From NCBI GenBank assembly GCA_038258815.1, contig JBBSPM010000014.1, forward strand, positions 20,263-84,262: DNA of 64,000 nt, written 5' to 3'. Position numbers and translations under genes: made by a program. A model generated the notes under the pieces. It did no database searches and was not told where the DNA came from. It saw nothing but the letters and a program-made list of their open reading frames with translations. Origin of the DNA: Chthoniobacterales bacterium (lineage in GTDB: Bacteria; Verrucomicrobiota; Verrucomicrobiia; Chthoniobacterales; UBA10450). Every line of letters begins with the position of its first letter. The first letter of the stretch is position 1. Of the stretch, positions 8,938 through 17,225 are shown piece by piece.

Positions 8938-9609
8938 CTACACTGGCTGCTGTAGCTCGCGCATGAGGAAGCGGAGGCGGTGGTATTGATCCTCGTGGTT
9001 CTCGCCGCCAGTTTCGATCACGGCGAAGGGTTGTAACACTTCGGCCGGCGGGAAGGGATCGCCGGGATTCGGGAAACAGGCGGTGGCGGTGCGACGGATC
9101 CAGATTTCGTCGATCCGCGGGAGCTGAGCGGGCGAAGCGGGTGGCGTATCGACTGAGCGACCGAGGGATTCGACGCCGGATGCGGGGTGGCCGTGGCGAT
9201 CTCGCGGCGGCTGCACCACGCAGACGCCGAGCGTTCCTTTGATGGCATTGACGACGAAGGTGCTGAGGAGCTCGGACTCGATGGTTTCCGTGACCACGAG
9301 GAGCGATTCGCCGGCGGCGACGACGGCTTCCATGAGCGGCAGCCAACTTGCGACGGGCTGTTGCGCGGCTTGATCGCATAGCACAACGCGGCAGTGCCGG
9401 AGCCGAACGCCCCATGGGATGTCCCAGGAAGTGGCGGTGGTATCGCGGAGGAAGTGCGGAGAAATGGCGCCGCCGAGGAGGAGACCGCGTCCTTGGACGA
9501 GACGGGACTCGAAGGTATCGGCGGCGCGGCACCAGATGTAGCGATCGTCGGCGACGATGCGGCGGGCGTTCGCGAGGTGAGCGAGGAGGTCTGGTGGGCG
9601 ATCGTTCAT
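8938..9609 (-). CDS. stand-alone GroEL apical/intermediate-domain-like protein
   Basis: By-eye alignment to GroEL residues ~190-410. [13 protein letters not shown] matches [65 protein letters not shown] matches [75 protein letters not shown] matches [25 protein letters not shown]. There is no equatorial ATPase domain. Confidence 0.6.
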   Translation of the reverse strand: [223 protein letters not shown]

Positions 9610-9742
9610 AGCAGGTACCAGGGTGATCAGGAAACGCGCTAGGGGCAAGCTAGGCGTGACTTCCGCTGACGGACATGGCGCCTCTTCGAGAGGCCAGATT
9701 GATTCAGCGTCTTGGCCGACCAGTGCCGAAAGCGGTGTTCGG

Positions 9743-10594
9743 TTAGCGGACGCGCAGCAGGCAATGATTCAATTTGCCGCTGATTTCCCAGACGTAATAC
9801 AGGGACGATCCCCCGCTCCCGTAGATATAAGTCTCGTCGGTGCCCGAATGTGAGATCCCTTTCTCTTTCCGGACATTTCGACGCCAGGCGCCATTAATCG
9901 AGACATCGAACGTCGTGACATCGTTGTCGTGTATCTTGATCCACACGCCTCCTCCCGGCATCGTAACGTAATAGTTTTGATCTAAAGGAATATGATGGTC
10001 GGTCCCGGCGGCGCGCTCTTCTTCGAGCTTTTTGCGTTTGTTTGCGGCGCGGATACTTTCTGTCTGGGCGGCTTGTTCGCGGGGTAGTTGATCTTGAGCT
10101 TGACGATCGCGCTCCAACCGTGCTACGAGGCTGGATTTGTCGGTGTTGTGCTGAGGTGCGGTCGTTCGCGGAGTGGACGGCAGCGATGCCACGACGGGCG
10201 CTTTGTTCCACGGGACGAATTGCGCTGGACTCGGCAACGCATGGCTACGAGTGCCTGAATTAGCTTTTCTAGAGACAGTAGTTGCTGCGAGCGGTTCGTG
10301 ATTTTGCCGCATCGCGAAAATAAAGACCACGGTCAAGAAGCTCACCACCCCCGCCGCGAGAAGGATTGGCTTCCACGTCTCCAGGGGCGGCATCGTCGTA
10401 TCGGGATGAAGCATTCCTGCAGTGGAATCGTACTTTAGTAGAGGGAAGATCTCGTCGATGGTCCGCCAGGAAGGGTTAGCGGTCAGCTTGCAAGGATGGT
10501 GGGGGTCGATCTGGCCAGCGTGAAAGAGTTCCGCAACCTGCTCGCGTGTCAGCGGCGTGTCGCAGCCTTTCAGCAAGACATCGTATAAAATCAT
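9743..10594 (-). CDS. membrane protein with N-terminal GYF_2-like domain
   Basis: N-terminus LTREQVAELFHAGQIDPHHPCKLTANPSWRTIDEIFPLL resembles GYF_2/DUF4339. One TM helix, a low-complexity linker and a C-terminal globular part. Confidence 0.55.
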   Translation of the reverse strand: MILYDVLLKGCDTPLTREQVAELFHAGQIDPHHPCKLTANPSWRTIDEIFPLLKYDSTAGMLHPDTTMPPLETWKPILLAAGVVSFLTVVFIFAMRQNHEPLAATTVSRKANSGTRSHALPSPAQFVPWNKAPVVASLPSTPRTTAPQHNTDKSSLVARLERDRQAQDQLPREQAAQTESIRAANKRKKLEEERAAGTDHHIPLDQNYYVTMPGGGVWIKIHDNDVTTFDVSINGAWRRNVRKEKGISHSGTDETYIYGSGGSSLYYVWEISGKLNHCLLRVR

Positions 10595-10641
10595 ACTCTG
10601 TGCAGAGCAAACCGAGTGCCGTTCTGCGAAGTCGATGAGCT

Positions 10642-11229
10642 GTGCATCGACGGCATTTCGTGGATCGGAGCAGGCGTCCGATGGTGGGAGAATGGATGCG
10701 TTTTACGGCCGGGAAAGGGCCGACCGATCTGACCTGCGCGCAAAACGCGGTGTATTTGAATCCCGCACTGAAAGGCACGGGCTCAAAGGCGGTGAAAGGA
10801 AAGAAGGCGGGGCGATTTGGATTTCGCTCCGTCGTGCTCCTGGCTGGACTGTTGGTCCTGCCAACGGTGGCGTTGTCGCGATTGCCTTTTGAACTCTGGA
10901 TGGAAGTAGGCGGCGCTGCGTTCCTAAGCGGAGTGGCCATTCTGGTCAATGCTTCTGACAAGAAGAGGGCTCGCGCGTGCGAGTGGCGGATATCGGAGGC
11001 GACGCTGCATTTGCTGGAGCTTGCGGGTGGCTGGCCGGGAGCCTTTCTGGCGCATCGAGCGCTACCTCATAAATGCTCGAAGATGAGTTACCAGTTGATC
11101 TTCTGGATCATCGTGGCGCTGCATGAATTAGTCGCTTTGGATCTTTGCGAGATTGGGCGTTTGCTCGGGCGGTGTTGGCGGCGGTGCAGGCTGGACTCGT
11201 GGAATTTGGAGGACCATGATCGGTCATGA
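10642..11229 (+). CDS. DUF1294 family membrane protein (start uncertain: 10642/10681/10696)
   Basis: WRISEATLHLLELAGGWPGAFLAHRALPHKCSKMSYQLIFWIIV matches the DUF1294 core. Confidence 0.7.
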   Translation: MHRRHFVDRSRRPMVGEWMRFTAGKGPTDLTCAQNAVYLNPALKGTGSKAVKGKKAGRFGFRSVVLLAGLLVLPTVALSRLPFELWMEVGGAAFLSGVAILVNASDKKRARACEWRISEATLHLLELAGGWPGAFLAHRALPHKCSKMSYQLIFWIIVALHELVALDLCEIGRLLGRCWRRCRLDSWNLEDHDRS

Positions 11230-11741
11230 AAACACGCATGATCGTAGTGACGTTGATGGCGTTGATCTTATCAGGCGGACGGATTGTCGCTGCCGGTGAA
11301 GAAGCGACGGAAAAACTGTTAAAGTCCGAGAGCTTGGGTGGGTTGCGGCTCGACCTCCTGGAGAAGGAAGTGATTAAGCTCTTGGGCGAGCCGGCCAAAC
11401 GCGGCGAGGTTACGCTGCAGGAGGCTGACGGCAATTACGTGCAGGATTGGGATTTTCCCGAGAAGGGAATCGAAATCTCGATGAGCGCGGGCGAGACGAA
11501 GACCGGGCCGAAGAAGATCTTTAGCTTCACGGCCTCGGTGCCTTGTAAGCTGGCAACGAAAGCGGGGATCACGATCGGCAGCGCGGAGAGCGCGGTGCGG
11601 GAGGCGTATGCTGGGCAGGTGGATCGGGACACGCCGGCCAGTCCGGAGAGCTTTATCGTGGGTTCGATCTACGGTGGGATCATCTTCAATCTTGAGGACG
11701 GGAAGGTGAGCCGAATTTTCTTCGGCGCGGCGGCGGAATAG
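11226..11741 (+). CDS. hypothetical exported protein
   Basis: ATGA overlap with the DUF1294 gene. Signal peptide MKTRMIVVTLMALILSGGRIVAA. Confidence 0.65.
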   Translation: MKTRMIVVTLMALILSGGRIVAAGEEATEKLLKSESLGGLRLDLLEKEVIKLLGEPAKRGEVTLQEADGNYVQDWDFPEKGIEISMSAGETKTGPKKIFSFTASVPCKLATKAGITIGSAESAVREAYAGQVDRDTPASPESFIVGSIYGGIIFNLEDGKVSRIFFGAAAE

Positions 11742-12138
11742 CCGTGGGCACAGCGGGAATGGAGAGGGGCACCTGCGCGATTGCTACGAGAGCAGAGGCG
11801 GGCGACAGTGCGCGCATTATGGGAAACAGCCAAGGCAGAGATAATGTGAAGAAGCGTGCGCAGCGGCGGAAAAAGCATGATCGCCTTGCGCTGGCGGCAA
11901 AGGCAGCAAGCGCGCTAAAGCCAAGCCAGCGAAGAAGGCTGAGAAGTAACCCGACCGCAGCGGAGCGCTAAAGGGCGTGCCGCTTTCATTTGCACGTCCC
12001 ATCGACTCGGCGACGTGCCCCGATGCCCCAAGCCGGAACGATGCAGTTGGGGAAGTGATTTTCAGATACTTTTGGTGCCTCAAGCGGCGCAAGAGGCCAC
12101 GGCCTGCAGGCTTGGTGGAGCGATCAGTTTTTCGAGGA

Positions 12139-12499
12139 TTAGGCGCCACCAAGCTCGCGCTTCGTCGGTTTGAACGGCGAGATGCAAACCGAAGGAGCTG
12201 CTGACTTGATGGACAATTTAGTGACGCATATGGGACATGAAATTGTCTCGCTCACTCCGGGGTGGCGGGACGGCTTGGCGCCCTCTGCGAGCGCGATGGT
12301 GGACAGGTCGAGCGTGCGCGCCGCCTCCGCTGGAGTGGCGGGGGTTTGCGGTTTACCGCCGTTGCCGCTGGCGCTGTCGGCGTTAGTGCTTTTGGCTCCG
12401 CAACCGGCGAGGAAGAACAGTGCGTCGGCGGTCAAGACCGCCGCCGAGATTCCGCGGAGAGAGGATAACTGTTCGACGCGATGAGTTTTCGGAGGACAT
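12139..12499 (-). pseudogene. putative lipoprotein with apparent frameshift between n-region and lipobox
   Basis: ATG 12499 gives MSSENSSRRTVILS.. in one frame. The adjacent frame continues ..LRGISAAVLTADALFFLAGCGAKS (lipobox LAGC) to the stop at 12139. The frames change near the CCTCTCTCC run at about 12455-12465. Confidence 0.35.
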
Positions 12500-12532
12500 C
12501 CCGCCGGCGTTAGCGGACGACGTAACGCGCGA

Positions 12533-13033
12533 CTAGCTTTGTCGTCGAGCGAAAGAGTCGGTCGTTTTGTCCTCGCAAATATCGCGAGCGACTCCCCGCG
12601 CTTCTTCCTCAAGCGAGCCGATGCTGAAGTCGGCGGAGGTGTTGCGGTCGGAGAGATATTCCTTAACGAAGGAATCGAGGCCGCCACTGCGTTCGCATTG
12701 CGCCACATGGACAAGGCAATGGACGAGCAGGGTGCGATCCTGCCAGGAGCTGGCGCGGATCACGATTCCATGGCCCACGGCGATGCCTTGAGAGGCTTCG
12801 GTGATGATGTGGGACCGTCGCGCGGCGTCGGCCAGTTCGTCGTCTTCCGGCATGGGGATGCGATCGACCACCAGCACCCGAACGCGCTCGATTTCCTGAA
12901 CGCCGGCGCGTTCGGCATCCTGTGCCTGCGCGGGGCTAAGAGGAGAGCCGAACTTGAGGATCAAGTCTTCCTGCGATTTCGCCCAGGCCAATGCCCGGGG
13001 GACCAAAAGGTCAAATTTGTCGTCGTCTATCAT
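12533..13033 (-). CDS. hypothetical protein with degenerate metallopeptidase-like HxxxH (LLVHCLVHVAQCE)
   Basis: 166-aa ORF with good GC3. The motif resembles HExxHxxQ of DUF4157-type domains, but Glu is replaced by Cys. Confidence 0.55.
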   Translation of the reverse strand: MIDDDKFDLLVPRALAWAKSQEDLILKFGSPLSPAQAQDAERAGVQEIERVRVLVVDRIPMPEDDELADAARRSHIITEASQGIAVGHGIVIRASSWQDRTLLVHCLVHVAQCERSGGLDSFVKEYLSDRNTSADFSIGSLEEEARGVARDICEDKTTDSFARRQS

Positions 13034-13206
13034 GGGGTTCGTGCGGGGAAGGTGCTCCTCGTATTAGCAAGGAGCGTGCAAAAAGCGGAAACAGATGCTT
13101 TTTATTGTAATTCGTCTGCCGCGTGGTTTTTGGAGGCATAAAGCGGGCACGCCGTTTCCCGATTGACGGATGCCAGGACGCGCAACCATCATCCGCGCAA
13201 CCCCCT

Positions 13207-13785
13207 ATGAAACATCCATCGCTTCCAATTCATTTTGCCTTTTTACTCGTGGGCGCCTCATTCCTTCCCGGCTCCTCAGTTTCCGCTGCAGAACCGACGG
13301 TCGCTTTCACCTTCCAAGGCGTGGACTACTTCCAGCGCTGGTCGCAGCAGGAGCAGCACGAATTCACGCCCGCAAAACAGGAGGACTTGGAGAAATGGAC
13401 CGACATGATCACAGTGAACGGCTATCCGAGTGTGACCGATGGGGACGCTTTGGCGGCCACGGCGAATGGCATTCTGGAGAATTACAAGAATCATGGGGCG
13501 AACGTGCTGAACACTAATTCCACCCCGCGAACGCCCGAACGCCCGGCAGAGCATTTGATCGCCGTGGTTTTCGGGCGGCCGGAATTCATCGAAGTGGCCT
13601 TCGCGCGTCTTCGCATGCGGGATGGAACCGGTCACTCGATCGTCTATTCCCACCGCATGTACGGCGAAAAGATCGGCGACAAAATGAACGAGTGGCTGAA
13701 GGCGCACGGCAAGGAGACCGAAGACGCGCTGATGAAATGGGATTCGGCGCCATCGCCGCGATCGATCAGCGGGAAGGCGCCTTAG
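13207..13785 (+). CDS. hypothetical exported protein
   Basis: ATG 13207 gives MKHPSLPIHFAFLLVGASFLPGSSVSAAEP. Confidence 0.7.
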   Translation: MKHPSLPIHFAFLLVGASFLPGSSVSAAEPTVAFTFQGVDYFQRWSQQEQHEFTPAKQEDLEKWTDMITVNGYPSVTDGDALAATANGILENYKNHGANVLNTNSTPRTPERPAEHLIAVVFGRPEFIEVAFARLRMRDGTGHSIVYSHRMYGEKIGDKMNEWLKAHGKETEDALMKWDSAPSPRSISGKAP

Positions 13786-13829
13786 AGCGGGTCATGCCCT
13801 TTGGTTAGCTGCCGGCCGGCAGAGAACGC

Positions 13830-13960
13830 CGTAGCACAGGCGTCCCGCCTGTGGGGACAGCGGGCATCTTGCCCGGTGTTTCTCTCGTCGGCTTTGTCGA
13901 TGCTTTTGCTTCACCGGGCGAGACGCCCGCTGTCTCCACAGGCAAGATGCCTGTGCTACG
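13830..13960. repeat. inverted dimer of a 49-nt double-hairpin element
   Basis: Left arm 13830-13878, right arm 13912-13960. The stems (CACAGGC/GCCTGTG and CAGCGGGC/GCCCGGTG) are conserved, while the two 5-nt loops differ between copies (GTCCC+ATCTT versus ATCTT+GTCTC). Confidence 0.9.
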
Positions 13961-14028
13961 TAGCCTTCGGCCCGGCGAAAAAGTGCATGACACCATCTAG
14001 TCTAGACTCGTTAGCCTGCAGATTTCGT

Positions 14029-14553
14029 CTAACGACTCGACTCCAACTGGCTGCGCTGCGCCGGGGTGAGCCATTGCGCCGCCTTTGTCGGATCGACGCG
14101 GTAGAATGCGTTCAGCTTCGTCGCTTGTTCGGGCGTCAGCGCGAGCCGGGCGAGCGGAGTGCCTTCGAGCTGTTTCTTTTGATCGCTCGCCGGTGCGGGA
14201 CGGTAGGAACGGTCGAGCGGCGCGCCTTCTTTCAAGCCGAGTGCGGTCTGCGCCGATTGCGCGCCCGCCGGGAAGTGGATGCGATCGGCCACGCCCGCGG
14301 CCTTCGCCTGGCGGACGAGATCTGAAAGCGAAATACTGGCCGGCAAATAATCGACCACCGTGACTTCGTGGCCATCCAGGAAGCCGGCTTCAGTCCGGAC
14401 CACGCCGTCGATCTGACCGAGCTTCATTTCGCCTGTCCAAAAGCAATACTGGGAAAACGCGACGCGTTGCGTGGCGTTCTTCGATTCAGCGGAAGGTTTT
14501 TCGGCAGCGAGAACGGTCGTTGCCAGCACGAGGGAGAGAAGGATTGTTTTCAT
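14029..14553 (-). CDS. exported protein with MsrA (PMSR)-like N-terminal domain
   Basis: VAFSQYCFWTGEMKLGQIDGVVRTEAGFLDGHEVTVVDYLPASISLSDLV follows the MsrA pattern GCFWxxE..GV..T..G...E.V.V.YDP..IS...L but lacks the middle segment. Confidence 0.45.
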   Translation of the reverse strand: MKTILLSLVLATTVLAAEKPSAESKNATQRVAFSQYCFWTGEMKLGQIDGVVRTEAGFLDGHEVTVVDYLPASISLSDLVRQAKAAGVADRIHFPAGAQSAQTALGLKEGAPLDRSYRPAPASDQKKQLEGTPLARLALTPEQATKLNAFYRVDPTKAAQWLTPAQRSQLESSR

Positions 14554-14672
14554 AGACGTTCGAAGACGTGCGAACGCCGACATCCGGCGTCGTGGTTTAT
14601 GAGAGCACCCGGACGCGCTATTTATTCCGGCGGTCGCTGAACTGCCGCGCAGCGCGCAAATATTCGAGAGGC

Positions 14673-15167
14673 TTAGAGGCCCTTAATGCTCTTCACGATC
14701 TCTCCGACTTCTTCGGAGTGCTTGGCTTCGTCTGCGGTCGAGACCCAATAGGTGATGACGACCACTTTATCTTTCATCGTCACGAAGGTGATGCTGACCG
14801 CAGTCGGGCCGTCCTGATCCTTACCTTGGAAAAGCATCTCTTCGGCATCGAAGCCGCCGAGTTTGAATTTGTTCTCCTTCTTCGAAGATTGGTCCAATTC
14901 CACCTGGTGGTCCTTCAGCATGGCGAAGGTGTCTTCGATCTCGGCGTTCATGCCTTTCTCACTCGAGACGGCGACGACGGCCATGTAGATCGCGTCGTCA
15001 TCACTCTGTCCGGAGACGCCGTTATCGATCTCTTCGGTCTGCCAGGAATCGGGGAACGTGATCGACGCGATGGCCGCGTCTTCGTCCGGTACTTTCATCG
15101 TTTTCGCGGAAGCGGAAACGGTGCTGAGGGTTGCGATGAGCAGGAACGAGAGGAGGTGTTTGAACAT
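14673..15167 (-). CDS. hypothetical exported protein
   Basis: 164 aa with signal peptide MFKHLLSFLLIATLSTVSASA. Confidence 0.7.
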   Translation of the reverse strand: MFKHLLSFLLIATLSTVSASAKTMKVPDEDAAIASITFPDSWQTEEIDNGVSGQSDDDAIYMAVVAVSSEKGMNAEIEDTFAMLKDHQVELDQSSKKENKFKLGGFDAEEMLFQGKDQDGPTAVSITFVTMKDKVVVITYWVSTADEAKHSEEVGEIVKSIKGL

Positions 15168-15294
15168 AGATGGAGACTGGATACCGGGCCTTGTATCCAG
15201 CCGGAATTACTGCGCAACTGATATTCTTACAGTTGCGCGTGGAAAGAGGGTGATCCCGCAAACGCGAGCCACCGAGCCGGTATTTGTCGGCTAA

Positions 15295-15615
15295 CTACGG
15301 AGCCGCCAGCGCCTCGTCCACCGTCGGGTAGAGGTGGAAATATTGATCGAGGCGCGCGCTTTGCAGGATGGTGCGGACCGTTTCCTGAGCATCGGCGAGG
15401 CAGAAATCCCCGCCCTCGTGTTCCAGGCTTTGCATCGCGCCGATCAGCACCGCGAGACCTGAGCTATCGATGTATGGAACCTTCGCCAAATCGATCACGA
15501 GGCGCTTCGGCTTGTGATCGATCAGCTCGCGCAAGGAAGCGCGCAACTCGGGTGAGACGTGGAGATCGATCGCCCCCTCGGGCGCGAAGACTTTTTGCGA
15601 ATCGGTTTTTGGCAT
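15295..15615 (-). CDS. STAS-domain anti-sigma-factor antagonist
   Basis: LVIDLAKVPYIDSSGLAVLIGAMQSL is SpoIIAA-like. Confidence 0.85.
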   Translation of the reverse strand: MPKTDSQKVFAPEGAIDLHVSPELRASLRELIDHKPKRLVIDLAKVPYIDSSGLAVLIGAMQSLEHEGGDFCLADAQETVRTILQSARLDQYFHLYPTVDEALAAP

Positions 15616-15750
15616 TTCGTCAGAGATTGAGCACTTATCATGTCCATGGCGGTGCGGGCGGTCAATGGTCTTACTTGGCTGTTTCTCGGAATTTGGTGTT
15701 CGTCGCTAGAGCCGCCTGGCTTTTGCTCGCAGGTTAGCACTAGTTCTTCA

Positions 15751-16512
15751 CTACTCTTCTGGCGTTCCTTTCAGCGCCTCGTCCACGGCCGATGGAAAAA
15801 TGCTGGTGACCTCGCCCTCTAATCGCAGCGTGACGCACTCGACGTGATCGTGCTCGGTCTTGCCGCGATTGATGATGAGATACGGCGCTCCGCGTTCCGC
15901 CGCGAGGAGTGGAAACGACGCCGCTGGGTAAACGGAAAGGGTGGAGCCGAGCGCGATCACGAGATCGGCTCGCATCGCGGCGTGAGTGGCGCGTCCGAGT
16001 TCCTTCGGATCAAGCGTTTGCCCGAAACTGATCGTGGCCGGTTTTAGGAAACCGCCGCATCCGCAGAGAGGCGGTCGTCGGTGCTGCCGGAAGAACTCGA
16101 AATGCGGCTCGGGATCGGTGCGTTCATGGCAGCTCTGGCATTCGATCAGCGCATTGGTGCCATGAATTTCGACCAGCAATTCTTCGCTGGTGCCGGCGAG
16201 ACGATGGAGGCCATCGATGTTTTGCGTGAGCACGGCGGTAACTTTTCCGGCGCGCTCCAGCCTAACGATTGCATCGTGGACGGCGTTTGGCCGGGCCTCG
16301 CGGAAGGCGTCGTGTCCTTCCAGTTTATAATCCCAATGCTCCAGCCGGGCCGCTTCCGAGGTCATGAAATCCTGGAAGTAAACTGGCTGTCGCTTCTTCC
16401 AGACACCGTTCGGTCCCCGGAAATCTGGGATGCCGCTGCCAGTGGAAATGCCCGCGCCAGTGAAGATGAGCGCGCGTTGCGAAGCGCGCAGGTAGTCGGC
16501 AAGATCAGGCAT
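15751..16512 (-). CDS. cobB: NAD-dependent protein deacylase (sirtuin)
   Basis: GAGISTGSGIPDFRGPNGVW, QNIDGLH, zinc ribbon CQSC...CGCGG. ATG 16512; the upstream 210 codons of the ORF-track entry overlap the CPBP gene. Confidence 0.9.
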   Translation of the reverse strand: MPDLADYLRASQRALIFTGAGISTGSGIPDFRGPNGVWKKRQPVYFQDFMTSEAARLEHWDYKLEGHDAFREARPNAVHDAIVRLERAGKVTAVLTQNIDGLHRLAGTSEELLVEIHGTNALIECQSCHERTDPEPHFEFFRQHRRPPLCGCGGFLKPATISFGQTLDPKELGRATHAAMRADLVIALGSTLSVYPAASFPLLAAERGAPYLIINRGKTEHDHVECVTLRLEGEVTSIFPSAVDEALKGTPEE

Positions 16513-16526
16513 TCCCGGACGACATT

Positions 16527-17189
16527 TTATGAGAACAGCTTCGGCAGAATGTTGGCGACAAAGTCGACCAGAAAATGGCCGACCATGTTCGAGACCAGAT
16601 CGCGCCGCCAGAGATAAAACAAGGCCAGGATGCCGCCGAGCACGAGAGCAATGAGGATGTTCGCCCAGCCGCCAGTCCAGTGCCCGACACCAAAAATAAC
16701 GAGCGGCACGGCAGCCGCCAGCCAGCCGGGCAAGCCGAGCGCCTGCAAGCGCTCCATCGCGTAGCCGCGGTAACAAATTTCTTCGACTACACCCGCACGC
16801 GTCACGATCAGACTCAGGAGCCACAGCGGAAGTCGATCGAGTGTCTTTCCGTTCTCGCCACCGTTGTATCCGGTCAGCGTGACCAGAACTCCCGCCACGA
16901 GCAGGCAGATCACGGCGGTGACAAGACCCCACCAGATCGAACGCCACCAACGCGCGGCGCCCAGCCCGATCGAGCGGAGTGGCAAACCTTCGCAGCGCAC
17001 GATGAAGAGGATGGCGGCAGCGACCAGCCACATCCCGGCTTCCCGCGCCAAGACCGCGGGCATGCTCGTAGCCGACCAAAAGCTGAGGACCAGTCGTCGC
17101 ACCAGCAGCATCCCGAAAAGCGAGAGGAACAAGCCGAACCACGTTGCCGCGGAACGCTTGAAAGGAGGATTATCAGCACTCGTTGCCAT
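16527..17189 (-). CDS. CPBP family intramembrane glutamic endopeptidase
   Basis: EEICYRGY, FGVGHW and GHFLVD motifs; multi-TM. Confidence 0.85.
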   Translation of the reverse strand: MATSADNPPFKRSAATWFGLFLSLFGMLLVRRLVLSFWSATSMPAVLAREAGMWLVAAAILFIVRCEGLPLRSIGLGAARWWRSIWWGLVTAVICLLVAGVLVTLTGYNGGENGKTLDRLPLWLLSLIVTRAGVVEEICYRGYAMERLQALGLPGWLAAAVPLVIFGVGHWTGGWANILIALVLGGILALFYLWRRDLVSNMVGHFLVDFVANILPKLFS

Positions 17190-17225
17190 AGTGAGATTAA
17201 GATGCAGCGGCGGGCGTGTTTGGAT

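Noticed and set aside
11744-12138. Small basic ORF (MGNSQGRDNVKKRAQRRKKHD...) and the surrounding 400 nt
   Set aside because: No support beyond an open frame. It could equally be untranslated spacer.
13801-14325. 174-aa ORF running through the palindrome, plus other small ORFs across repeats (8425-8622, 26626-26811, 29535-29963)
   Set aside because: They are read through REP-like palindromes and gene shadows. The Arg/Pro/Cys-rich translations are typical of such artefacts.
15751-17142. 463-aa version of the sirtuin ORF, and the idea of a Sir2-based defence gene (Thoeris/DSR-like)
   Set aside because: The N-terminal 210 codons overlap the CPBP gene in another frame. The 253-aa protein has canonical sirtuin NAD and Zn-ribbon motifs, with no partner or effector architecture.
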